A stretch of 64,000 nt of DNA from a virus, in IMG/VR virus record IMGVR_UViG_3300028573_000014, positions 15,954-79,953 of that record; one strand, given 5' to 3'. Both the position numbers and the translations under genes were made by a program. Shown piece by piece: positions 26,820-35,780 of this stretch. The notes below the pieces were generated by a model that saw only the letters and a program-made list of their open reading frames with translations, was not told the origin of the DNA and searched no databases. Each line of letters begins with the position of its first letter. Within the stretch, counting starts at the first letter, position 1.

Positions 26820-27452
26820 CTACTCCTTCACCGGCCACGGCAAACCAAAGTCTCGGCGCTTGATCTTCGCCATTCTGCCATCGGGATGATGCCAGACAAT
26901 GCCTTCGATGGCATGGGGAATTTCGAGGTCCCTATCCCACAGCGCATCATGCGCCACAAAGCTACCTCTTGAAAGATAGGCGATCAGCCCGATGTAATCA
27001 CGCGGAGCATCGAGCAATTGAGTCTCGCCATGCCGATAGAGACCATGCGTGTGAAGCCGATAGATGTTCCCCTGCACCTTTGGTCCCACCAGTTCGTAAG
27101 TGCCATCGAGAATTGGACGATCCGTCATTTTCGTCCAGCCCTCATAGTTCTCCATTGCTTCCCGATGCCACTTATCTTCAGGACCATCAGTAACTCGCAC
27201 CCAACCGGGAACATCCCCCGTTACAGGATCGGGACCCTGCGCAGGAATAAAGTCTTTCGGGACAGGTCTGCCATTTTTGAGTTCATAACGCTTGAACATA
27301 ACGCCGTTCTGGATGAGGCAGCATGTGCCATCCGTTTTCTCTGTGGCAACGCCTTCGCCTGCTAGCACCCACTCGCAGCCTGCTGCAACCTCGTCACGAA
27401 CCTGACGATCAGTCTCGTAATTCCGCTCAAAGAGCGTTGGAATTTTCTTCAT
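26820..27452 (-). CDS. RNA ligase-like nucleotidyltransferase (DUF5565-type)
   Basis: Motif I TEKTDGT, GTYELVGPKVQGN, IEGIVW, AKIK. Confidence 0.8.
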   Translation of the reverse strand: MKKIPTLFERNYETDRQVRDEVAAGCEWVLAGEGVATEKTDGTCCLIQNGVMFKRYELKNGRPVPKDFIPAQGPDPVTGDVPGWVRVTDGPEDKWHREAMENYEGWTKMTDRPILDGTYELVGPKVQGNIYRLHTHGLYRHGETQLLDAPRDYIGLIAYLSRGSFVAHDALWDRDLEIPHAIEGIVWHHPDGRMAKIKRRDFGLPWPVKE

Positions 27453-28156
27453 TTCGCATACCTACCATACCCAGTATCTCCACCAGGCCACGCGCTGGGC
27501 AACTGCGGATTAACAATGCCGTTCTCCAGCAGCCACGCCATCGACCTGTACTGAATCTCGACCATTGCGGCAGGAAACACATTGGCCCGCTCGAATACAG
27601 TGTGCCCCACGGAATCATGTCGCGTTTCGCCCATGCCAGTGCCAAGATCGGCAGTCCGACTCATGTCACCAGTCAGACTTTTCACAGTCATTTCAGACCG
27701 AAAGGCGCTGTCCATAACAGATTGACCAGATGCCCTTGAGTACGAGGCTGAAGCACGGTAAACAGGCGCTTTCTCAGTGAAGATCGCCACGCCGATCACG
27801 CCAACATTTTCTGCACTGCCCGTGGCCTGCGCAGCAATGGAAGACGCTGGGTCGGAGAACACAAAATCACGGGTTGTATTGTCATCGATGCGCCAGCCGT
27901 GATTTGTCCATTCTCCGGTGATGATCATGCCCTTATTACTGAGCAAAGCTAACTGGTCCCGCAGCACATCCCGACCATCCACGCTTTCCAACACTTCGAT
28001 GCGTCCACTTACCCGATGGCGCACCACAATGGCGTAGGCTTTGCCCGGTTCTCCAGCAATCCAGTTCCGCCCGTTCTTCTCGTAGATGGGCAGCGGCAGA
28101 CCATCTACTGCAATGGCAATATCGACACCGCCTGGTAACACAATCAAGTTTCTCAA
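27449..28156 (-). CDS. Conserved hypothetical protein
   Basis: SVDGRDV, GWR, F.FS, NVGVIGVAIF, LGTGMGE motifs of a widespread uncharacterised family. Confidence 0.6.
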   Translation of the reverse strand: MRNLIVLPGGVDIAIAVDGLPLPIYEKNGRNWIAGEPGKAYAIVVRHRVSGRIEVLESVDGRDVLRDQLALLSNKGMIITGEWTNHGWRIDDNTTRDFVFSDPASSIAAQATGSAENVGVIGVAIFTEKAPVYRASASYSRASGQSVMDSAFRSEMTVKSLTGDMSRTADLGTGMGETRHDSVGHTVFERANVFPAAMVEIQYRSMAWLLENGIVNPQLPSAWPGGDTGYGRYAK

Positions 28157-28165
28157 TTCAGCCTC

Positions 28166-28930
28166 CTATTCGTTATCGTACCGATGATGTTTGTTGTGTA
28201 GTTCAGCGAGCTTGTCCATCCAGACTTTGGCTGGAACACTCTCGTAACACACCTTGCATAGAAAATCAGGCGGATCGCCTTCCTGCACTTGAATGAGATC
28301 CACCGTGCGCTTTTCATGACACAGATTGCAGGTGAAGGTGTCCAACCCCTGCTCCGCGCATACATCGCAGATATAGCCATCCTTCGAGACTGACCATGCG
28401 CCAACCTTGTGGATGCCAGCACGCGCCATCTGCGCTTTCTGGTCAAGTTTATTCCACACAGGCCAATGTCCATGCCATTCGCTCAGCATCGGCATCATCG
28501 GATTGCCACAGATGGGACATTTCTTTATCTCTAGCGCAAAATCCATGTAGATTTTGCTGCCAGACTCGTTAGGCTTCAGGTTATGTGGCGTGAACTCTGC
28601 AATGTCGATCTTCAAGTCTTCTCGATGGCGCACTCCTTCATAGATCAAATTCTTCAACTGTCCCTTCAGGTCGCCAAGTTCAGGCTCAGTCGAGAAGCCC
28701 GTAAAGTGCGACAGATACAGGACAACTCTCGATGGATAACTAACCGTGTTGGCTATCACTTCTGAGATTTTTCGAGTAAGTTCTATATCCACATCGCTTT
28801 TGAAGGCCAGGATAGTCTCCTTATCGCTCAGAGAGATAATCGTCAACTCATCGGAGTTCACAATGCTGGGCGACTCTAGCGCCGTCACTGGCAGTTGCAC
28901 ATTGATAGATTTAACGGTCATGAGGATCAC
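28166..28930 (-). CDS. Zn-finger hypothetical protein
   Basis: Four CxxC pairs in the C-terminal half. Confidence 0.55.
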   Translation of the reverse strand: MILMTVKSINVQLPVTALESPSIVNSDELTIISLSDKETILAFKSDVDIELTRKISEVIANTVSYPSRVVLYLSHFTGFSTEPELGDLKGQLKNLIYEGVRHREDLKIDIAEFTPHNLKPNESGSKIYMDFALEIKKCPICGNPMMPMLSEWHGHWPVWNKLDQKAQMARAGIHKVGAWSVSKDGYICDVCAEQGLDTFTCNLCHEKRTVDLIQVQEGDPPDFLCKVCYESVPAKVWMDKLAELHNKHHRYDNE

Positions 28931-29141
28931 GCTTCATTTCTACCAGTCCACCTGGCGCATCCTTGCCGTCCCACGTCTTTGTGTGATCTACCCTGTCGCG
29001 CATGATATAACTGCCATCGGGCAGGAGCGTCACCGTATAATGTTTGTGGCATTCTGAGCAGAACACATCGAAACTGTCAGCATTGTCACCAAAAACCCAT
29101 CGACCCCTGTGACCTGCTGGACACTTAAGATTAATTTCCAT
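28911..29141 (-). CDS. Small Zn-ribbon protein
   Basis: CPAGH ... CSEC. Confidence 0.5.
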   Translation of the reverse strand: MEINLKCPAGHRGRWVFGDNADSFDVFCSECHKHYTVTLLPDGSYIMRDRVDHTKTWDGKDAPGGLVEMKRDPHDR

Positions 29142-29319
29142 TTTTCACCTCGGCCTGTGGGGGCAGCGCTGCGATCAACGTTGTGCGTATCCAGTCGGCA
29201 GCCGTGCCCTTCTCGGTCAGCTTCTGGTAATAGGTCCACAGCAATTTTTGCTGGGCATTATCCATGTCCAGCGTTACTGGCTGAAGGCGCTGCACATTGA
29301 CCAGTTTTTTACGTGACAT
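29131..29319 (-). CDS. Ribbon-helix-helix (ParR-like) protein, paralog of 37793..38095
   Basis: MSRKK...QQKLLWTY...GTAADWIRTTLIAALP. Confidence 0.5.
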   Translation of the reverse strand: MSRKKLVNVQRLQPVTLDMDNAQQKLLWTYYQKLTEKGTAADWIRTTLIAALPPQAEVKNGN

Positions 29320-29320
29320 G

Positions 29321-29527
29321 TTACTCAGATTCTGGAGTAATTTGATACCAGGCGATTGAATTGCTCCGCACAACTAGAACCCCCAGCGCTCCTGTTACAC
29401 GCAGAATATCCGCGTCCTCGGAGAATTCACCCTCAAACTCTTCTCGCCCCTCGTCACTAACCGAGTGCATTTCCAATAGCTGCCCATCGTGCAGCTTAAT
29501 CTTTATTGTAAATGTCGGGTTTTCCAT
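29321..29527 (-). CDS. Hypothetical protein
   Basis: ORF with SD. Confidence 0.5.
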   Translation of the reverse strand: MENPTFTIKIKLHDGQLLEMHSVSDEGREEFEGEFSEDADILRVTGALGVLVVRSNSIAWYQITPESE

Positions 29528-29528
29528 G

Positions 29529-29816
29529 TTATTCCCCTTTTCTCATTTTATCTGCCACGTCTTTTGAAGATGTGACCACGCGGGCTGTAGATCCACGCTG
29601 AATAAGCGCACCAATGGCAGCATCGAAAGCTGAAGCAAAAGAAGTGTGATGCTCAATATCCCGTCCAGCCTCCAGAATGTGCCAGAGGCCATCCTTGCCT
29701 TCCAGCATCACCAGCGCATGGGCGTGCAATCGTCTGTTGAGAATCTTTACCGCCTCGCGCATATGAGTGCCGTCGGCAAGCATTCCACGAATAATTTCTT
29801 CAGTTGATTCGTTCAT
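29529..29816 (-). CDS. Hypothetical protein
   Basis: Coupled ORF. Confidence 0.5.
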   Translation of the reverse strand: MNESTEEIIRGMLADGTHMREAVKILNRRLHAHALVMLEGKDGLWHILEAGRDIEHHTSFASAFDAAIGALIQRGSTARVVTSSKDVADKMRKGE

Positions 29817-30580
29817 TTTATTTCCTCAAATGCTTCGGCAGTCCAGGGGAGGACCACTTTGAAAAAGTTATCGTAAATCACCTGAGCATAGACGCGAATT
29901 TCATACTGGGCATCGCTGGCCATGCGCAAGCGCAGGAAGTTCATCAGATTGTGAGCATCGATCTTAATCACGCCCGTGTAGTAGACTGCAAATCCGGGCA
30001 GGAACAACCGTGCAATCTCCCGTGCCACGCCCTTCTTCAGCGCTGCCTCATACAACTCATACGAGTGCGCGTAGTGGGCAATAAGGGCTGCTGTGGTCTC
30101 ATTGCCCACAGCCTCGTCCAGTTCGCCTTCACTGGCCTGTTTGTTGTTCTTAGCCTGCTGCCGCCAGACATCCGGCACATAGAAGTCGTTTTCCTCAAAG
30201 GGGGTATAGCGGCCCGATTGCAGGTTAATATTAAAAGTCCGGTGTCGGACCAGTTGCCACCATGTTACCAGTGGGGCACGCAGCCTGAACTTGAACTCGA
30301 CCATCTCAAAGGGACTGGTGTGATGATTGCGCAGCAGGTAGAAGAGTAACTTCTTGTCGGACTCTGCGCCCTTGCTCTGTCCGAGGAAGGAAACGCGAGC
30401 TGCATTGACAATGGCGAGATCATTGCCCATGACAGATTGCAGTTCCACGAAGCCTTTGTCGAGCACAGGAATAGTATTGCCGATAGGAGCCTGCGCTTTG
30501 GGATGTCGTTCACGCAATTCTTCCCATAAATTGTTATCTATCAACTCGTCATCAGTTAATTTGTCGTTACCCTTTTGCAT
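29813..30580 (-). CDS. thyX: FAD-dependent thymidylate synthase
   Basis: AARVS, HTSPFE, RHRTFNINLQSGRY signature, ARLFLP, AQYEIR. Confidence 0.95.
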   Translation of the reverse strand: MQKGNDKLTDDELIDNNLWEELRERHPKAQAPIGNTIPVLDKGFVELQSVMGNDLAIVNAARVSFLGQSKGAESDKKLLFYLLRNHHTSPFEMVEFKFRLRAPLVTWWQLVRHRTFNINLQSGRYTPFEENDFYVPDVWRQQAKNNKQASEGELDEAVGNETTAALIAHYAHSYELYEAALKKGVAREIARLFLPGFAVYYTGVIKIDAHNLMNFLRLRMASDAQYEIRVYAQVIYDNFFKVVLPWTAEAFEEIK

Positions 30581-30770
30581 CCCACACCTTTGCTCTCAAG
30601 TCTTTGATATAAGCCTGCGCCCACAACGGCAATTCCGACATTTTGCCTATAAGCGCTCCGTCCACAAACAGTATATTTTCGTCTTCAATGTAGGCTGTAC
30701 GTTCATGCTTTAGTCGATCATACTCGGATAGAGCACGCACTTCGTCTATCAAGTCCTGCATTTTACTCAT
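30567..30770 (-). CDS. Hypothetical protein (paralog of 30990..31196)
   Basis: Shared QD.IDE...DRL..ER.AYI...LPLWAQAYIKD.RAK.WDA. Confidence 0.6.
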   Translation of the reverse strand: MSKMQDLIDEVRALSEYDRLKHERTAYIEDENILFVDGALIGKMSELPLWAQAYIKDLRAKVWDAKG

Positions 30771-31000
30771 CGATCTCCGCCATTCTTTTTCTTCTCCTTA
30801 TCCTCATCTCCTGGACCTGGACCAGCGCCCGCGATAATCCCAAATCCCACAATAGCAATGAAAACAGCCAAGACAGCGATAAGCACTTTCTCTGGATCTA
30901 AAAACAAAGAAAAGAACAGGAAAGCGGCAAAGTGCATTGCGATTAGTCCTACGAGTACTTGTTTGTCCTCGGCATCCATTTTTATAAACTTATCTATCAT
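30767..31000 (-). CDS. Small membrane protein
   Basis: Two hydrophobic helices, charged tail. Confidence 0.55.
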   Translation of the reverse strand: MIDKFIKMDAEDKQVLVGLIAMHFAAFLFFSLFLDPEKVLIAVLAVFIAIVGFGIIAGAGPGPGDEDKEKKKNGGDR

Positions 31001-31196
31001 TTCTTGCGTCCCATAATTTGGCTCTCATGTCCTTGATGTAAGCCTGCGCCCATAGTGGCAAGTCCGCCAATTTACCGACAATAGCGCCTGTGAGGCATAT
31101 AAAATCATCGTTAATATAGGCTTCGCGTTCACGCGCCAGCCGATCCCTTTCGGCAAGGTCCTTTATCTCATCGATGGCATCCTGTAGGGTGCTCAT
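30990..31196 (-). CDS. Hypothetical protein (paralog of 30567..30770)
   Basis: See paralog. Confidence 0.6.
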   Translation of the reverse strand: MSTLQDAIDEIKDLAERDRLAREREAYINDDFICLTGAIVGKLADLPLWAQAYIKDMRAKLWDARNDR

Positions 31197-31636
31197 TACT
31201 GATCTTCGCCCATATAGTTGTCCATCAATCGTTCGACTTTTCCCTTTAATTTCACATTATCGGCTTCTAGGGCTTCAATCCGTCGGAGCGCAGCCACCAG
31301 ATTGGCGACCAGAAACACACCCCAGTGATTATTGGTATCCAACGTCGCAGGAAGATCAGGCAACTTGTAGCCATAATCGGTAGAGAGCACGTATAGGGGC
31401 GATGAGGTGAGGCGATTCAGATTGTCGAGTGCTTTCGCTACCAGTTGGTCATCAGCCTTACGGGATAGGTCGGAGAGGATTACGCGCGCTTTCACTGTTT
31501 GTTGCACGCGAAACTCGAACTCTTCCATCGATGCTGACATTTCCCATAGCTGGTTGATGGTAGACAGATACAGGATGGCACTCATATCGTGCGCGGAGGC
31601 ATAATTCATTGCTTCGATTGGAGCAGGAGATTGCAT
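31196..31636 (-). CDS. Hypothetical protein
   Basis: SD GAGGT upstream; coiled-coil C-terminus. Confidence 0.55.
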   Translation of the reverse strand: MQSPAPIEAMNYASAHDMSAILYLSTINQLWEMSASMEEFEFRVQQTVKARVILSDLSRKADDQLVAKALDNLNRLTSSPLYVLSTDYGYKLPDLPATLDTNNHWGVFLVANLVAALRRIEALEADNVKLKGKVERLMDNYMGEDQ

Positions 31637-31813
31637 TTGTTACCTCGTAATAGCGCAGGTCATGGTAAATCCGGCTTTTGTCTGCTAAGTTAAAAGGGGC
31701 ATGACCTACGCCACGATCTATCCTATCAGAACTCCTGTTCGGAGTGCATTGAGGTTACGTTAAGGTTTCATGCGTTGCGCATGTATTATTCATGCATTGG
31801 ATACATAGCGAAG

Positions 31814-32008
31814 CTATTTCAAAAAACGCGCAAGCATATTGGCGACTTGCCCCAGCAGCCCGACCACAACAAGATCGATTCCGATAATAGCCAATAACAT
31901 AGCTGGGAAGGGTAGCGGATGAAATATAATCAAAACAAACACACAGCCTGCATCGAACAGTGAGAGCGAAAGTAGAAAGTGCCCAGTTAAGCGTGTGTCG
32001 TCATCCAT
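31814..32008 (-). CDS. Small membrane protein
   Basis: Two hydrophobic segments. Confidence 0.4.
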   Translation of the reverse strand: MDDDTRLTGHFLLSLSLFDAGCVFVLIIFHPLPFPAMLLAIIGIDLVVVGLLGQVANMLARFLK

Positions 32009-32276
32009 TTTGAATTCCATGTAATATTCGTGCAAGACGTTCCCGAAACTCATTAAAATTCTCAGGGCTGGCATCGATGCCCAGATTTTGCAGTGCAAGG
32101 TCGATGATTTTCTGCTGCCGCTCGATCTCATCGGCAGCCTCCACCATAAACCGCGCAGTGAGAGGCAGGCGTTGATCAGCGTTTTTCTCTGCCATCAATC
32201 GCAGGTTGTTGAGCAGGATATCCTGACTCACCTGAAGGTCTTTCATGGTCTGGGCATCTGCGTTACTTATTGTCAT
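32001..32276 (-). CDS. Hypothetical protein
   Basis: EAADEIER phage motif. Confidence 0.55.
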   Translation of the reverse strand: MTISNADAQTMKDLQVSQDILLNNLRLMAEKNADQRLPLTARFMVEAADEIERQQKIIDLALQNLGIDASPENFNEFRERLARILHGIQNG

Positions 32277-32625
32277 TGTTGCCTCGACAATCTACTGAGT
32301 GCGCCATCTGGTTATCCTTCACAGCGAAGATGCAGGTATCCCCTACATTGACCAATCCGATCTGTTCAGCGTACAGGCCAACCACGGCGGGTTTGCCGTT
32401 GCTGTCGAGCACTACATAGGTCGTTGACGTGCCTGAGAAAAGAGTCGCGTAGGTGCGCACAACCTTGCCTGAAACAGAGGTGGTAGGCGGGTTGCTGATA
32501 TAATTGGACAGCACAGAGAAAAAGACTAAAATAAGACCAACTATCATCAGACCAATAAAGATCGGCAACAGCCATTTCAGCCATTCGATGGTATCAATCC
32601 ATATGGTCGATCTTTGTTCATTCAT
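32263..32625 (-). CDS. Membrane-anchored OB-fold-like protein
   Basis: N-terminal TM helix then beta-rich domain. Confidence 0.5.
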   Translation of the reverse strand: MNEQRSTIWIDTIEWLKWLLPIFIGLMIVGLILVFFSVLSNYISNPPTTSVSGKVVRTYATLFSGTSTTYVVLDSNGKPAVVGLYAEQIGLVNVGDTCIFAVKDNQMAHSVDCRGNNDNK

Positions 32626-33059
32626 GATACGCGCATATCCTCATACTTCCATCTATTCCAGTTTAAGGCCAATCCTTCGCCGCACTCCATGACCAGATAC
32701 TGCATAAGGTCATAGCCATTACTAAGTGCCTGCGCCAGCTCCGATAACCGCTGATTATCTTTCTCCAGCATAATTCTCTTTTCCAGCACTTCGCAATCTG
32801 CGTGGACCCGATGCCATGTCTGACATATCTTCATATAGGGACACCATTCGCGCAGTAGCCTCCCTGAAATCCACCATTGAACGCCAGACGGGGAGACTTT
32901 GACGTGGCACAATCTCATCTCGACCATCTCTCTCAGGTCATCGTACAGGTCATTGCTGGAAATATGATGACTGTTGATGCAGTGGGCAATCATGAGCAAA
33001 CCCAGAACTTCGACCTGGCCTCTGGATGGGGACAGTTTGATAGCAGGTTCAGGGATCAT
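32622..33059 (-). CDS. Hypothetical protein
   Basis: Coupled ORF. Confidence 0.5.
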   Translation of the reverse strand: MIPEPAIKLSPSRGQVEVLGLLMIAHCINSHHISSNDLYDDLREMVEMRLCHVKVSPSGVQWWISGRLLREWCPYMKICQTWHRVHADCEVLEKRIMLEKDNQRLSELAQALSNGYDLMQYLVMECGEGLALNWNRWKYEDMRVS

Positions 33060-33074
33060 TCTGGCCTCGGCAGT

Positions 33075-33284
33075 CTAGGGATGGACGGGTAAAGGTCTGG
33101 CAATGTTACCTCCCATTGCGCTGCGGATCAGTGCTTGCACTTCATCAATGGTCTCAGTGCAGCGAATCGAGTCGCCGCTAACGGTCTTTATCAGGGTATC
33201 TCCATCGTCACGATAAACGTACTGTATCTGTCCGACCAGAATCAACACAGGTCCAACATCCCTTATGCCAGTAACTCTAATCAT
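33075..33284 (-). CDS. FlbD/SwrD-like small protein
   Basis: MIRVT...I..V....DTLI...SG..I...ETIDEV pattern; ATGA-coupled start. Confidence 0.5.
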   Translation of the reverse strand: MIRVTGIRDVGPVLILVGQIQYVYRDDGDTLIKTVSGDSIRCTETIDEVQALIRSAMGGNIARPLPVHP

Positions 33285-33925
33285 CCCATCCACCTGAAGC
33301 CTTTCCGTATGAGTAGTTCTTTCATTTCCCGCTTGAAGGCCCATGCGCCCTGAAACTTCACCCGCTTGGAGAGCGTGTGGATCATTCTGGCGTGCCACAG
33401 GTCCAGATGGGATGGGTCTTCGTCATGATTGACCCACAGATCATGCCACGCACATGTAAACGGCTGCGTGTTCTGGACAGTCCACTCCAGTGCATCGGCC
33501 TCAATAATCCTCAACCGATCAGTCTGTGGCATATAAGGCTGGACCAGCTTAAGCACATCGGGCGAGTTCTCAATAACAGTAATATGCTCGACCTTCGGAT
33601 TGAGCAGCAGTCCCCTGACGACGCAGCCCAGACCCAGCCCTGTTACCAGCACATGCCCGTAGGCTTTCATGGCGAAGCCCAGATGGGTGCTGAGTTCAAA
33701 GGGTGTATCTTCCATGACCAGATCGCCAGGAGGGTTGTTGTAGAGCGTGGCATCAGTGATGCAGCGCAGATAAGTATAAGTTCCGGCGGGAAGGGTGATC
33801 ATCTTCCAGTTGCGGTAGGTCGTGTGATCCTTTTTGATACGGTACTTGCTAATATGCCACAGACCGGAGTATCCGGCAGGGATAGCCTTAGCGCTCATGG
33901 CAGCCAGATAATCTTTAGCGTTCAT
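33281..33925 (-). CDS. Spermidine-synthase-like SAM-dependent methyltransferase
   Basis: VMEDTPFE, GHVLVTGLGLG, VIENSPDV, ADA, WHDLW. Confidence 0.8.
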   Translation of the reverse strand: MNAKDYLAAMSAKAIPAGYSGLWHISKYRIKKDHTTYRNWKMITLPAGTYTYLRCITDATLYNNPPGDLVMEDTPFELSTHLGFAMKAYGHVLVTGLGLGCVVRGLLLNPKVEHITVIENSPDVLKLVQPYMPQTDRLRIIEADALEWTVQNTQPFTCAWHDLWVNHDEDPSHLDLWHARMIHTLSKRVKFQGAWAFKREMKELLIRKGFRWMG

Positions 33926-34167
33926 TCTATTTCCGAATCTGCCTGCGCGGCATCCATTGCGTCCTGTCGGGTCGGGAATCTGTTTTTCCCACCAGCAACG
34001 ATGAATCCCTTGTACGCATCGTACCGCACCCAGCACCATTTGCCGTCGCCGTTTTCTTGCCCAACCACGTAGGTGAGACCTTCTTTCACCTTTGCCTCCC
34101 ACGAAATAACAGGCTCTCGTTTATCCTGGGGGACGTGGCTAGTTTCTCGCCATTCCAGTGTTGTCAT
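33922..34167 (-). CDS. Hypothetical protein
   Basis: LEW...W.W...T..DA..AA module. Confidence 0.5.
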   Translation of the reverse strand: MTTLEWRETSHVPQDKREPVISWEAKVKEGLTYVVGQENGDGKWCWVRYDAYKGFIVAGGKNRFPTRQDAMDAAQADSEIE

Positions 34168-34427
34168 GCTCGTCCTGTCTCCTGGTCGATCTTGCGGATA
34201 ATCTTACCATCATCACTGATCTCATTGACCCAGAAATCCCACGGCCCCACATTGTCCACCGTGTCCCAGCCAATATTATTGGCACGGATCAGGTCAGTGA
34301 TCACACTCTCATCGTAGGGATCACGATCAATGGTCTCTGTTCCACCGTCAAAGCAGCCATCATAATCTTCACCGGTGCAATCGTGGCAGAATATAACGAC
34401 TTCGTAATGCATCAGTTGCTCTCCCAA
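34164..34427 (-). CDS. Hypothetical protein
   Basis: Acidic ORF with CHDC. Confidence 0.5.
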   Translation of the reverse strand: MGEQLMHYEVVIFCHDCTGEDYDGCFDGGTETIDRDPYDESVITDLIRANNIGWDTVDNVGPWDFWVNEISDDGKIIRKIDQETGRA

Positions 34428-34669
34428 CTGCGATAAACGGCATCGACAATGATCGAATCGATGGCCTGTTTTTCTTCTTCGGTTGCCCTGTCGTCACATT
34501 CCCGATGAACACGGTAGAAGTAGCTGCGGCTGTCACCTGGGACCATCAGTGACGGGGAACGCATCGGCTCACTCAACTTCTTATGGCAGAAGGGGCACTC
34601 CATATCAAAGCCAGGGTCATAGGCTGGAGTGTTGCTATCATCATCAAAGTACCCGAACATTTTGTTCAT
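34412..34669 (-). CDS. Hypothetical Zn-binding protein
   Basis: CPFC ... HREC. Confidence 0.5.
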   Translation of the reverse strand: MNKMFGYFDDDSNTPAYDPGFDMECPFCHKKLSEPMRSPSLMVPGDSRSYFYRVHRECDDRATEEEKQAIDSIIVDAVYRSWESN

Positions 34670-35199
34670 CCCCAGTAACTCGATAGCCACCACTTGGGCT
34701 GCTCATTCCCGATTTCAATGTTGTAGGTCTTGCAGAACTCAATGAGCGCTGCCACTTTATCAGGACTGACTACCAATTCTGCCGGGTCGAATGCTTCTGG
34801 CGATCCCCGATAAGCCACCTTAATGCTGGTCGGTACAGCCAGAATGATCATCGGATACTCACCGCTGCAATAGTTAATCTCTGCCACGGGGAGAGGATGA
34901 GCAGCCTCGAAGGCATTCTTTTCATTGAAGTAAGGTGCGTATTCTTCTTTTGTAGGCCGTTTCCCATGAAGATAGATGGCGTTCTCTCTATCTACGTGCG
35001 TTTTAGCCACTGCCATCCTCTGGGCGTAAATCTCGTCATCAGCATAGATAGGATGTTCAGGCTTGAACTGGCAGATGCCATTAATCCACCAGCCATCCAT
35101 ATCGTTATCGTCCTCATATTCGCCGGAATTCCAGGGCAATTCAGTGCCCTCTTCCAGCATTATCCCGAAGCATATCTGACCATCGGCTGATGTTGACAT
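34666..35199 (-). CDS. Hypothetical protein
   Basis: C-terminal PKWWLSSYWG phage motif. Confidence 0.55.
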   Translation of the reverse strand: MSTSADGQICFGIMLEEGTELPWNSGEYEDDNDMDGWWINGICQFKPEHPIYADDEIYAQRMAVAKTHVDRENAIYLHGKRPTKEEYAPYFNEKNAFEAAHPLPVAEINYCSGEYPMIILAVPTSIKVAYRGSPEAFDPAELVVSPDKVAALIEFCKTYNIEIGNEQPKWWLSSYWG

Positions 35200-35444
35200 T
35201 AGTACACCGCCCAGACTTCGATGGTGCTAGCTTTTCTCAGCACCTGGATCAACTCCTCGTAAGGATTTACCGAATCGCCTTCGTTCAAGGCCGCCAGAAC
35301 TTCCAATCTGGGGATATCGTCTGTGTCCAGCACTGTCGGGAAAGCACCGAAGACCTTTTCCATTTCCGAAATGAAGGTCGATGGTCCATTCACGTCCAGA
35401 CTCGTGCCTTCATCGAGCGGTTTCCATAGAATTGATGCGGTCAT
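35199..35444 (-). CDS. Hypothetical protein
   Basis: Coupled ORF with SD. Confidence 0.5.
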   Translation of the reverse strand: MTASILWKPLDEGTSLDVNGPSTFISEMEKVFGAFPTVLDTDDIPRLEVLAALNEGDSVNPYEELIQVLRKASTIEVWAVY

Positions 35445-35528
35445 GCCAGATTCCTCTCTATCTTGAGGGCGAAGATGTTTGCCCAGTTCGATGGGAGAAG
35501 GATGCCAGTTGGTTTAATGCGTTATTGG

Positions 35529-35780
35529 TCACTTCTTCTCCACTTCCGCCAGTATCGCCCCAGCAATCACTTCTTCGTCATCTCCATATGGATTATCAGG
35601 GGAAGAGCGTATTACCGATATGGCCTCATCACACCACGCAAGTGCATCTCGCATCCGTGGGGCAATGTTTTTCAACGACTCCATGGCCGCTGCCATCGGA
35701 TTGCTACCCTGAGCGGCATCACGCGCCATCTTGAGGATCATCAACTTTTTCAGGTTGGGACCAATCTTACGATCTGCCAT
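35529..35780 (-). CDS. Hypothetical protein
   Basis: PDNPYGDDEE.IAG.IL. Confidence 0.5.
   Translation of the reverse strand: MADRKIGPNLKKLMILKMARDAAQGSNPMAAAMESLKNIAPRMRDALAWCDEAISVIRSSPDNPYGDDEEVIAGAILAEVEKK

Noticed and set aside
29529-29816. VMLEGKDG as a nucleotide-kinase P-loop fragment
   Set aside because: Lacks GK(S/T) and is too short to support
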